A DNA stretch of 64,000 nucleotides from Lepidodermella squamata (taxonomy: Eukaryota; Animalia; Gastrotricha), in contig JBLDXI010000013.1 of the NCBI GenBank assembly GCA_047495785.1, positions 4,650,001 through 4,714,000 on the forward strand. Reading direction: 5' to 3'. This document shows positions 1 to 12,065 of the stretch, one piece after another. Position numbers and translations under genes: made by a program. Under the pieces are notes generated by a model, which was not told the origin of the DNA, ran no database searches, and was given only the letters and a program-made list of their open reading frames with translations. Positions within the stretch are counted from its first letter, which is position 1; the number at the start of each line of letters is the position of its first letter.

Positions 1-95
1 ATTTGAGCACTGTCCGAAATTAGAGCGGAGAATTTAAGAATTTTGTAGTTTTTGTCAAAACGAAATTTTTTTATTGCAGATGATTAATTACTTGA

Positions 96-292
96 GTAAA
101 CATGGAAAGGGGCCGTATGATTAGTAATGTGAGAGCTATCGCGTTTTAAATTTCGAGAAATTTTTTTGCGCATAAAACTCACGTACAACCGTGAACTTCC
201 CAACTATTTGAGCGATTGCAAAATGTAAATAGCTATAACTTAACTTTCCATGATTATACAGATGCAAATGTTGATCAGCCAAGCTTATATAA
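96..292 (+). promoter_or_regulatory. Promoter of precursor copy A: forkhead-like GTAAAYA sites, E-box CAGATG, TATA box
   Basis: gtaaaca at 96-102, tacagatgcaa at about 257-267 and tatataa at 286-292. The same motifs occur in the same order upstream of copies B and C. Confidence 0.6.
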
Positions 293-361
293 GATGGAGA
301 AACCGAAGAAATTTTCTTTATTTCAAAAGCTTTCCCTATCATCCAATTCATATCAACTAGA

Positions 362-1716
362 ATGAACAAGTTTTTGGTTGCAATTCTGCTATTAGTAAGT
401 TTCGTTAGCTGATAGGATTCAGTTGTAATGCAAAAATGACTTGATCCTCTTAGGCAACCGTATCAGTATGGACCTCGAGCGGCAACCCAACTGAGAGCCA
501 GGACGAGGCGAGCCGCCATAATGCATTTTACCGTACTAATCCAGGATCCGGTCGTGCTGAGGATGGCCATGGTTCTGGGAGCCCTGACGAGGCGAGCCGC
601 CATAATGCATTTTACCGTACTAATCCAGGATCCGGTCGTGCTGAGGATGGCCATGGTTCTGGGAGCCCTGACGAGGCGAGCCGCCATAATGCATTTTACC
701 GTACTAATCCAGGATCCGGTCGTGCTGAGGATGGCCATGGGTCTGGGAGCCCTGACGAGGCGAGCCGCCATAATGCATTTTACCGTACTAATCCAGGATC
801 CGGTCGTGCTGAGGATGGCCATGGGTCTGGGAGCCCTGACGAGGCGAGCCGCCATAATGCATTTTACCGTACTAATCCAGGATCCGGTCGTGCTGAGGAT
901 GGCCATGGGTCTGGGAGCCCTGACGAGACGAGCCGCCATAATGCATTTTACCGTACTAATCCAGGATCCGGTCGTGCTGAGGATGGCCATGGGTCTGGGA
1001 GCCCTGACGAGGCGAGCCGCCATAATGCATTTTACCGTACTAATCCAGGATCCGGTCGTGCTGAGGATGGCCATGGGTCTGGGAGCCCTGACGAGGCGAG
1101 CCGCCATAATGCATTTTACCGTACTAATCCAGGATCCGGTCGTGCTGAGGATGGCCATGGGTCTGGGAGCCCTGACGAGACGAGCCGCCATAATGCATTT
1201 TACCGTACTAATCCAGGATCCGGTCGTGCTGAGGATGGCCATGGGTCTGGGAGCCCTGACGAGGCGAGCCGCCATAATGCATTTTACCGTACTAATCCAG
1301 GATCCGGTCGTGCTGAGGATGGCCATGGGTCTGGGAGCCCTGACGAGGCGAGCCGCCATAATGCATTTTACCGTACTAATCCAGGATCCGGTCGTGCTGA
1401 GGATGGCCATGGGTCTGGGAGCCCTGACGAGACGAGCCGCCATAATGCATTTTACCGTACTAATCCAGGATCCGGTCGTGCTGAGGATGGCCATGGGTCT
1501 GGGAGCCCTGACGAGGCGAGCCGCCATAATGCATTTTACCGTACTAATCCAGGATCCGGTCGTGCTGAGGATGGCCATGGGTCTGGGAGCCCTGACGAGG
1601 CGAGCCGCCATAATGCATTTTACCGTACTAATCCAGGATCCGGTCGTGCTGAGGATGGCCATGGGTCTGGGAGCCCTGACGAGGCGAGCCGCCATAATGC
1701 ATTTTACCGTCCTTAA
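362..1716 (+). CDS. Secreted tandem-repeat peptide precursor, copy A (exons 362-394, 454-1716; 431 aa)
   Basis: ATG exon MNKFLVAILLL, then a 59-nt gtaagt...ttag intron, then ATVSVWTSSGNPTESQ, 14 x DEASRHNAFYRTNPGSGRAEDGHGSGSP and DEASRHNAFYRP*. The hydrophobic signal peptide and gene structure match 46813-47126 and 55989-56907. This frame is absent from the ORF track. Confidence 0.85.
502..1710 (+). repeat. 84-bp coding tandem repeat, about 14.4 units
   Basis: Near-identical 84-nt units. Variants are ggt/ggg (units 1-2) and gcg/acg (units 6, 9, 12). Confidence 0.98.
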
Positions 1717-2789
1717 ATCGCAATAGGCGAATGACAAGATTGAGGATTTGCGCGATAAATAACCAGGGCCACGATATAATTATGCTACTGAAATTTCGCT
1801 TTAAAAATACCACTGTGGAAGCATGATGTCAGTTCTTGCTTATATTGTAATTTGCTTGCTACATTTATTTTACGTTTGCAGGCGCGGGTAAATTTAAAAT
1901 TTGTCTTCAATTTATAACTATTTAGCGAGTGACTCGAATATAAAATATCAACAAACAATTTGCGGTGAGTAGTGTGCATCTTCAGAAAATATATCTTCAC
2001 ATTTCTGCATTCGCGACTTTGAACATTTTCAGGCGTAGTCGAGTAAGCTGCTTTTCATATCCGGTTTCTTAGGTTTCTTCACCTCACAATAGAAGTCCAG
2101 GTTCCAGGTAAAACAATTGTTGTCAATCGTTGAATGGCACATCCATATAATTCTCAGATTTTTTTAATTTCCTGATTACTGATTGCTGATTTTTCCGATA
2201 TGTCGATACTGAGTAGACTACATTGAGAGAGAGACGATTAGACTGCAGAATATCACAATTGCCTGCTAATGCAACTAATGCAACAATGGCCTGCTAATTC
2301 AGAGGGTTAACTCTGTATGGTGCGAATTCAGGGTTCACAACTAATTATTTTTACAGGCATGAATTCGGACCTTTTGGCAATTAATTAATAATTAATGCAT
2401 TTCTTAAACAAGTGTCAACATTCATCGATCATGCAGTTTTAAATTATTTATATTTTGAAATTCATGTACCTGGTTGTACCAGGCAGCAAGGTAACTGAAG
2501 TTTCGAGACCCTATTAGAGCAACCGGGGTCAGAGCATCTCTGTCCAGGACTACCCGGCAGCCACCGAGTTTCACCCGACGAAATAAACCAAAATTCATAT
2601 TTGCTTGCCATTCATACCATGCATAGAACTCTTCATAGAACTCTAGGCATAGTCGCGGCGACATCGCGGTCGGCCACTTAGCATGCACACCTGGCAGGTA
2701 AATGCGCACTAGTGCGACAGTCAAGGCCTACCTTCAACCTAGATTTTGAAGGTGTCGCCCATAGTTTTATCAGTTTCGAGGCTTGAAGA

Positions 2790-3060
2790 GGGCTGAGCTA
2801 GCCACTTTCCGAAGCCAGCTTTTTTCCAGCAATTAAGAAGAGTTTCAGAGCCGACTCGAAGCCAAGCTCGTTTAGCACGATGAATGGCGTCAAGCAAAGT
2901 CGTGGCAGGTAATGACGTGAACGGCTGATCAGGGTTGTCTTCAAGTCAGGCCAGCTGATAATTCAACTGAATAGCACGGTAATGACGTTTTAGAGATAGG
3001 ATGATCCCCTGATCGCAGGGCTGCATTTTTGCTGTGCAATTGGGCGGAAATCGGATAAGG
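2790..3060 (-). mobile_element. pogo/Tigger-like (DDE_1) transposase relic
   Basis: The minus strand reads LIRFPPNCTAKMQPCDQGIILSLKRHYRAIQLNYQLA*...LLDAIHRAKRAWLRVGSETLLNCWKKAGF. This matches the pogo/Tigger PPNxTxxxQPxDQGII and AWxxVxxxTIxNCWKKAG motifs, with an in-frame stop. Confidence 0.85.
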
Positions 3061-3414
3061 TTGGGTCAGTTTCTTTTCATAAAATAAGTAAGAAAATGAA
3101 AAAATGAATACGCAGGGAAAAAGGAAAAAACGAGTAGCGAAATTTGTTTTGCACATTATGAAAATGCAGATGAAAAAAGGTGTACTCACCGCCATTCAAT
3201 GGATCCTGCGGCGTTATACATCCGCCATGCCTGTTTTCATTCCTCGCCTGCCCGACCCTGCTCAAACACAAGCCCCGAAAATCTCAGCACCACCGCACGA
3301 AAGGTTTTGTATACGAGCTGCCACGCCGTCGATGACGAATCCTCAACTTCATCGCCGAATCGTCGTGAAAATTTCAATCAATTACCGCCCGTTTCTTGCT
3401 ACGACGAAAATGTG

Positions 3415-3905
3415 AAAAGCGTAGGTTTTATCGCGATATTTAGGTGACCTTCGCTCATCACATCAAATCTAATGTGGACCGGTTTAGAGGCAGTCTCTCG
3501 CTCTAGACCCATCTCGAAAACAGCCATGTAGTACTGATGAATAGTCGCTGGCCCGGGCGGGAAAACGTCGAAAACATCGGCGATTTTAGCGGCAGCCTGG
3601 CTGAGTTTCGACAGCGTAGACCGGTCGAACTGAAATGGCTATGTTTGCAGGCACTCGGCTGTTGTCAGATAGCTTGAACCGAGCGCGCGTTTCGACACGA
3701 GAACCGGCGGGAATAGGAAGCGAACTCGGCGAGGCTCGCATTAGTCTTTTCCAGCCCATGATGCTTTTTGGTATGCTCTTAGAAGCGTTATACGGTAGTC
3801 GGCATCGTTGGTGGTTTGTGCACAGCCTTCGGCAACGATGAGGTGTTGCGTAATTCCACCGGGGTTGTTTCTGTCGCGGTGGGTTAGCTCGATCAGGAGG
3901 GTCTG
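3415..3905 (-). pseudogene. Degenerate inverted copy of the HYDIN exon that begins at 47792
   Basis: TLLIELTHRDRNNPGGI...VAEGCAQTTN, IPKSIMGWKRLMR and RARFKLSDNSRVPANIAISVRPV match 47792-48400, with frameshifts and deletions. Confidence 0.9.
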
Positions 3906-4019
3906 AAATGAAATATGGTCCAAGTTCAATGTTCACAATTGAGGGCTCATTTAACAAAATAGTCAATTATTTTCTTGCTGAAGTTGACAAGTCATCAAGT
4001 TATTTTTGCATAGACGACG

Positions 4020-4250
4020 GATGTATTTTTAGACTCTCAAGTAAACATGGAAAGAAGCCGGGTTAACAGAGGCGAAATGTACAGCGCTTCTCAGCTAGAA
4101 AAAGTGCATAAGCAAGTGCAAGTTTAAATTTCATATTTTTCTAGTCAAGAATAGGTACCTACAGTTAATACTGTAAATTCATCACTTGAATCTTGAGTAA
4201 ACTTTGAAAAGGACCGTAAGATAAGGGCTATGCGAGCTTTCTCATACAGC
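4020..4250 (+). other. Orphan copy of the precursor upstream region, with no peptide ORF following
   Basis: aagtaaacatggaaagaagccgggttaacagaggcgaaat...gaatcttgagtaaac matches the reverse complement of about 47500-47690 and partly positions 88-125. Confidence 0.7.
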
Positions 4251-5908
4251 ATTTAGAAATTATATTGGCATTAATAATTAACAATCGTTGGGTGACACGT
4301 AACATAATTCTCAGATTTTTTTTTATAATTTCCTGATAAAAGATTGCTGATTTTTCCCATGTCGATTAACCAGTATACACTGAATTGAAGTGACATTTAG
4401 ACTACAGAAATACCATATTACAATTCATAATGGGAAATGTTCTAGCTGTTCCAGTGGGAATTCATGAATAGCCTAATAGAAGTGAACTAATAGACTCAAG
4501 TGAACGATCTCAGACGAAAAATTCAAGCAGTGCTGATGATAAAAATAATGAGAAATTAGGTTAAAGAGCCGGTTGATATTGATGAAACCACTCGAGACTT
4601 GGCGAAAACTACTGCAGACTGAAAAAAATTAGAATAATAATGTTGGTCATATATTTACGTTTCACTATCATTTTGTTCGTTCGAGTGCAAATCAAAGTAG
4701 AATCGGGCCATTTATTAGGTCACGCGTCCTTTATTCAAACATTTTTTCGATCGATTTTTAAATTTCAGCTGATTTTTTTTTGTTTATTTTTACGCCGTCA
4801 TCTTTTTTCATCGCACATTCTTCTTAATATATTTTATCGATTTAGCTTGTGTATAGAAAATCGAAGTTTTGTTTTGGATTTCACAACCCTGCACAAAGAT
4901 CTGACATTATGGCCAACACACATAATACATACGAGTCTGGGCGGAAATAATTTACACAGGTGTACAAAACGATTTCCTACGGCGGTGTCCCTTCTGATCG
5001 AAAAAAACCCGCGCCAACAAAAAGTTGACTAAAAATTTCGCGCACGTTGAAGAAAAACAAGTAGAGACTCTCTGTTTTATATTTCAAATTTTTCGAGCGC
5101 AATTACGCTAAAAGCAGCTGCCACCTTCTACCTAGCCGAATATAAATAACCGTGTAATTTCGATGATCGAATTTCGAGGCATCTCTAAATCGAATGTAAT
5201 TTCGAAAGCAAATTTTCTCATCGATTTTTATATATAACTTGCAGGAGTTATTTCTTCATAGACTTAAGGGCAATTTTTTCGTCGTAGGTGCCGAAACTTG
5301 AAGTGGTTATACAAGTGATTGCGATTTATTATAATTTTTTCGCTTATATTTTCTGACGGAATATGTTTTTCGAATTTATAGCAGCAAAATTGCATTTATA
5401 GCTATATCATTAGATCACCCGGCAATAAACAGCGGTATAAACTTCCTAAAAATAGCATAAAAAGCGGCGACCTTCAATATAAAACAGACGACCCAATTTG
5501 CGATGCCGAGATTGCCGGCTATTGATATTACTATAAAACATTTGATAGATAGATGTCAGCCTTTCGCCCGGCCTAATTTGATTTGAGAGTATAGTATCGT
5601 AAAAATATTATCAAAAATCATCGGCTTGTTAAAAATTCGAAAAATCGAGTTGTGCTCGCATGCCGCCATTTTATATTCGATCTTTTTTCATCGTAGAAAT
5701 TTGTCTTATGCATATCAATTTTTTAATCGAATGAGACATGGCGACGATATAATTTTATTATAAAAAATCCTACGTGTACATCTCATGCCACCTGGAGTGT
5801 TTTCGGCTCAATAGCAGCATCATGTTTGATGTCATCGCCGGTACGTTTTTTTCGCCTCGTAGTAGTGTTATTGCGCGGAAACAGAGCGGAATGGCGCCTC
5901 ACGTATAA

Positions 5909-8900
5909 ATGTCCCTATTTCGCGCTCTAGATTCCGTGCTGCCATCGCTGATTGTCGCCGCGTCTCGCGCCAATAATTTGACGGTTCGCTCGGCTGCTGG
6001 CACGCTAGGCGTCGAACATGCCGAGACGCATACAGCCGGTTCGGATCCCGATCTCGAGGCCTCGGCGCAGGGCGTAGATTTGAAGTATTTCCTACTCGTC
6101 ATACCTTGCGTTTGGGCCATTTTCAGCAACATCGTTGTTATTATTACGATTTTTCGAACCGCGACGATTTTGAGATCGTTCGCCTACGTCATGATCAGCC
6201 TTTCACTTGTCGACCTCTGCTCGTCGCTTTTCGTTATTCCTTTCTCAATTTATTTTTTCGTAAGTTGAAATTTTATTGAAAATTTGAAATGGAATATATT
6301 TTTGAAATTTAAATTTTTTTGTGACCGAATATATAGCAAATACTGACATTTTTCCAATAATTTGAAAATCATTGATAGGTGGGGCAACCTGTAAGAAGTT
6401 GAACCGTTTATTTTAAATTTTAAATAATATTAACCTAAATTAAATTATATCCTCAAAGCAATGGCTTTTGTGCATGACATTCATTTTTATATTTACGATG
6501 TAGGCAAATCATATGCATTGGAAGCTTGGATACTCGTTATGTGTTCTATGGACAGCTGCCGATGTCATGTTTTGTACTGCCAGCATTTGCCACCACTGCG
6601 CTATTGCTCTTCATCGCTACCTTATGATTTCGAGCCCTCACGATTTTTCCGTCACAAATAACAATAAGGTAAAATAGGTTTTCTCAGAAAGAATTGTTAT
6701 AAAATTTTAGTAAAATTTAAAAAAAAATCAGCATTCATCTTTCATTTTTTTAATTTCTTAAATTCATATCAATCTTTTATTATTTTGATATTTTACGATA
6801 AATTTTGAGTGAATTTAACGGCTATTTTCAGATAATTTACCGGTTGATAGTGCCGGCTTGGTGCGTCAGTGCTTTCATCGCCTTGATCCTGGTGATCCGC
6901 GCCTCGATCGACCGCGAAATGATCTACGACGCCGAGCTGGAAGAGTGCGGCATCAACGACCGCAACTACGCCATTTACTCGTCGATCGTGTCATTTTTCA
7001 TACCCCTAACCATCATTGTTGTTGTTTCACTGCGCTCAATCGTTATACTACAACAAAGAATTGAAACTAAGCGGAAAACCCACTACGGCTCGAACAGGTC
7101 GCCGGCTACTACGACGACGAATGTCTCGAACAACGACATGGCCCGAACCCCGTCGTCGGACGATGCGCCGAAATTTCGGGTTACAAAACGAAGCGGGTTT
7201 TATCGATTCTTCTGGCGCGAGACCAGACACCAGCGCCGGTCGGACGACGACCTTGACAAGTCGGTAACCGGGCAGAATCGCATAATTTTCGCGTCCAAGC
7301 CGAGAAATCTGCTGAGAGCCGGGTCGAAAAAATCGTCACGTGACCACATTACTGATGCAAAGCCTGGCAACACGTTGTTTCGAGCCCTGGAGACTTTTAC
7401 GACGAAAACGCTAGCGGTGCATACGCCAAATTCTGAGGAGGCGCCGGTTAGCATAACCGGGGGTCTGTTTGGCCTGGGGCCGAGGTCGAAGAGCCGGCGG
7501 CATAACAGCAGCTGTGCGTTATTGTCGGTGGGCAGGCGAATTTCGGAAACGCCATCGCCGGTTAGCGCGGATGAAAAGTCGGGTTTGACCATGCTGATTC
7601 CGACGTCGAAAACGACGGAAATGTCGCAGATTCATCAAGAATCCGACAGCCGATCTGGGTCAAAGAAAAAAGGGTATAAATATTTCGAATTCGGCCAGTT
7701 GCGTTTTTTAGAGTGCTCGAAACCACACTGGAATGGAAAAATTCGGACCAATATTTAATTTTTAGGAATTTAAAAAAATTGCTGAAATCATCATTCATAC
7801 TTTTATCCATTCCGAAAGTTAATTTGAAAATTTACTTGAAATGTTGGCGCAGAAATTGCCTTATCCTTAACTATCATGGGTCAATGAAAGTTCGAAACTT
7901 AAAATGCCGAGCCGTATGAGAGTCCAACATTAGCCGCTAATTTTCCAAGTATATTCAAAACAATTTTCGATCACCCAGAAGTAGGTTAAAATGTTAGATA
8001 AATCGTAAATCGTCATCTCAAATTTCATAAATTTTTAAATTAAGACTGATTATAATTTGCTCTTCTAAAAGTAGTTTTACAACTTTTACGCATTTTCATT
8101 TTAGCTCAATAAGAGCATTAAAACACAAACGCTTTGTATGCCCAGCCCCTAGAAAATTGAAAATTCAAATTGAGAAGTAAATTTCCGTGGAACTAAGAAT
8201 TTAGAATTCGATTTTGTAATTAATATATTATTTTCATTTCTTTCACAGGAGCATAATAAAAAGTCGGAATAGGTCTATCGCGGCTGTTGAGCACGTGATA
8301 CGGCGAACAAAACGGGCCATGAGCAACGCCCATCAACTAACTATCCCTCCAATGATGGAAAACGTCTCAACATCAGACTTCGACGTGCTCGAAGTCGTCG
8401 ACTGTGAAGAGTCAATGTCACGTGTTACCGAAGAAATTGTTGACGAGTTGTCGCTGTCACGCTTCAACAGTTCGGTGGCGAGAAGCCGTGAGCTCGATAC
8501 GTGGTCGAGCGATTTCGCCGACTACGCCAACCCACCACCGCCTCGCTTCAGCTACGACACTATGATTTCGGTGACTAGTTCGGCGAAACATCAGCCGCGA
8601 GCGAGCCTGCAATATGCGACTAATTCACTGAAGCGGGACGAAACGCTCGAGTTGTCACTCGTCTCATTGCCCTATGCTGATGTTGAAACAGCTTCAATTG
8701 AATTGGGTAATTAATTACTTAAAATTTTCGAAATTAAATTTTGAATTTCAAAATTTCAAAATTTTAAAATATTTTAAAATTAATTTTAAAATTTATGAAT
8801 GTCAAATATTTTAACATTTTTACTTAATTGGTTTTCTGTTAACATTGACAGGGCGCTATCCAATCCATCAGCAGCCTCTTAGCATTACCGAAATCGCACC

Positions 8901-11239
8901 CATTACTTATTCTACAGCAATCTCATCCCATTCCATCTGCATCTACCCACCACCGATTCCGCCCAGCCCATCTCGAGCTGCGGCCAACCGATCCAACCGA
9001 CCCAGAGCGCCTATCGCGACCATGAAAAGCCTCGAGTACTTCGACACGTCTTCCGGTGGCGCGACGTCGTCTTCCCCGCGACCTAGCGTGAGAGGGTCGC
9101 GTAAAGGCGCTAACGGCCAGGTGCTGCTGGCGAAAAAACCGCGCCGACCTCGGTTAGCTAATCAGTCGTCATCGACAAGTGCTAGCGAATCGCCGCGGCG
9201 GTCGTTGCCTATCGAAAATCGCCAGTCTGTAACTGTCTCGATCGACCCGGTTGCTACGGCATCTGAACTAGTTTACGGGTAATTAATTTTGGGAGAAAAT
9301 TTATTACGCAATTCTCAAGTCCACAAAGTGTCATTTTGCGCTAAAAGTGAGACAAAAAGCGAAAGTGCAATTCTGGCTAGTTGTAATAACGACAAATGGG
9401 CAGGAAAACGACAATTGCGCTGAACCCTTGCAGGAAACCTTTGCGCGATTGTCGTCTGCGCAAATGGCGCTTCTAGCTTGATTTCAAATTGCTATTTTAG
9501 ATTCACCGAATTTTACACAAACGGAGAAGATAATTGCGCGACGTTAGCTCTGCGCAAAGCTGCGCTTAATTTGAAACAGAGGAAGCGCAGAACTTGAAGT
9601 GCGCAATTTTGCGCTAATTTCGCGAAAATACGTTCTCAATCTTTTTTAAATTCGGCGATCCTAAGCGATTATAAGTTACAATCCATCTTGGAGCGCAATT
9701 TGGATCCATGGTGCGCATACGACAATCGCGCTAAGGTTATTTGCGCAAGTGGCGTTTGTCTGCCCATTTGTCGTTTTGACAACTTGATGCAATTTCGCTG
9801 TCGCTTTAATATTTGGCACAGTGTCTTACACTTTAAATTTTAAAATGTTGTAATATAACTGTTCTTGAATCCTCTTTTGTAGAGATCCTTCTCAGGAAGC
9901 GAGCGATCAGCCGATAAGAACGCGCCGTTTCTCTGATACGTTCAACTGCGAGCGGTACGTACCCATCGGCGGGCCGATGGTGCCGCAGAAACTCATCGAT
10001 ATGGTCCGGGAGAGGGACTACCAGCGCCAGGTTGCGCTCATAAAACGCGGCCGCGTCGCCCCGGTGCGCAGCAGCGCGCGCACGACCCTCGCGCGGCAAG
10101 CGACGGCGCGCATTCTGAGCCTGAAGCGCGCCCTCACGCGCCAGCCGGCCAGCGATAAAGACACGGCGATTCAAACGCTGGCGAGGCGCATCAAGAAAGA
10201 ACGCCAGGCCGGCCAGGCGCTGCTCGTTGTCCTGCTGTGTTTTGTGTTCATGTGGGCGCCGTTTTTTATCATCAACATGGCGTACGGAATCTGCGATCAA
10301 TGCGTTAACAAGCACCTGTTTGTTGTCTTCACGTGGATCGCGTGGTCGTCTTGCGGGGTCAATCCCATCGTTTATACACTGTAAGCTTTTACTGCCGTTG
10401 ATTTGAATCAAGGAAAGGGTTAATATTGAAGTAAACATTGAGATCATTATAATTGAGGCTCTGGAACGAAGATCTTTAATGAAATGGTGTTGGTCCCAAC
10501 AAACTAAAACCCTGGTATAGTTTAAGCTAGAAGTTGGTAGCTGGAACCCTGAAGTTCGCGTGTGAACTTTCAGAAAGTTGTAGGTAGCGATCTAACTTCG
10601 TAAGTAGATACCGCATATCCTGTGATCTTGGGATCCTGTGATAAACCGGGTTAAATTCCGAAAATTACCGAACCAGTAAGGAACCAGTTACTAGTGGGGT
10701 TTTCCGAGTTTTCTCCGGTAAATTTTTCATTTCTTCGGTTAAATCGCGGATAAAAGATGCAATATTTTCTCGGTAGGTTTAAAAAGTGTTCGTTAAATTT
10801 TCTATAAAAAGTTGCATAATTACAAAATAACTGCGCAACTTCTGGGAAACGCTGTACTATTTGATCCCATCTGGCTCACTCAATGTGTCCGAAATGTCCC
10901 AAAGTTCGAAATTTTCCGAATTTTTCCATAATTACCAAACAATTACTCGAGAATCCAAGGCGGTCCTGAGGATGACCTATTTAACAGGTTCCTTACCTTA
11001 CCCAAAGTCACCCCACCGTATTAAGGCGAAAATATAGCTGGATTATGTCTCGCACATTTTTAAAATTGATTTCCTAATATTTTTGAGATTTTTCAAAATA
11101 ATTTTACAGATGCAGCCGACAATTTCGACAAGGTTTATTCCGCAACCTCAGCGACGCTTTCGGCCGGGTCTCGGCTTTCGGCCGCGAAAGTTCTGCTATC
11201 GCAAGCATCCGCAGCTTGAAAAGCTTTAGATCACGTTAG
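5909..11239 (+). CDS. Class A aminergic GPCR, 5-HT2-like (exons approx. 5909-6259, 6504-6668, 6832-7673, 8249-8706, 8851-9278, 9883-10380, 11110-11239)
   Basis: TM2 SLSLVDL; TM3 CVLWTAADVMFCTASICHHCAIALHRY (Asp3.32); TM5 YSSIVSFFIPL; TM6 FVFMWAPFFIIN; TM7 WIAWSSCGVNPIVYTL; helix 8 CSRQFRQG. Splice sites are GT-AG. The start codon is tentative. Confidence 0.88.
9345..9830. mobile_element. MITE-like foldback in a GPCR intron
   Basis: Long imperfect inverted arms: agttgtaataacgacaaatgggcag pairs with ctgcccatttgtcgttttgacaact, and cctttgcgcgattgtcgtctgcgca pairs with tgcgcatacgacaatcgcgctaagg. Confidence 0.65.
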
Positions 11240-12065
11240 CGCTAATACTACGCCATTTTTCACTGCCGAAAATGAATCGAAATAAAAAATCATGATGTTT
11301 CATCGAAAACAACGCGTTTTATTGTTCCAAAATTATTCAATTCCTGTACTATTATTATTAGTATAATTATTGGTTATAATAATAGCGATATGGTACAAGA
11401 TATCGGTAAAAATGTTTGCAATTTTTTTACAAGCGTCCGGTCAAAACAATCAATTTGGAACAACGATTTCTGAAAAATTGAATCTGGTGCGTGATTTTTC
11501 TGGAGGACGAGTATGAGAGCCACGGATTTGACGCCCCTCGAAATGATATTGCGAAGACACTATATAAAAGAGGCAGTATTTTTCCCGACTTATTTTCAAA
11601 GTCGAAAGCGATGAAATTATAGCTGGAAACAAAACAGCAACAACAACAACAGAAATCGCCCAGATTTTCGTCAAATTTTCGGATATAAATAAAGAAAATT
11701 ATATTATAATAAAACGATGAGATTTTTGGCGCCACAAAATCGATACCACGAAGCTATATTATTATTACATGCTACGAAACGAGGTTAAACACTTGAGCAG
11801 CAGTTGTATAGCTTGTAAAAAGGAGATGAAGACTTGTAAATAAATAGCAAGTAGAAGAATATTCCCACAAAAGAAGAAGAAGAAGAGAACTCGTATCGAC
11901 TTCGAACAAGGCCACGACGCGAAATTTATCAAACAATTTAATTTTTTTGATTTGGTATAAAAAACGAAAGAATGTTGCGCATGCATCAAATTTGTCGGGC
12001 GGGGAGAGACTTGAGATTTTTTTGCGGCGATATTTTTGCCTGCGATAGAAGATAAAATGGGGCGG

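Noticed and set aside
502-1710. 84-bp array as a CRISPR array or hammerhead satellite (ctgacgag motif)
   Set aside because: There are no variable spacers and the context is eukaryotic. CUGACGA is not followed by a stem and GAAA.
463-1737. The 424-aa (-) and 401-aa (+) ORFs in the track over the 84-bp repeat
   Set aside because: They are shadow frames of a stop-free repeat. Only the third frame joins a signal exon homologous to copies B and C.
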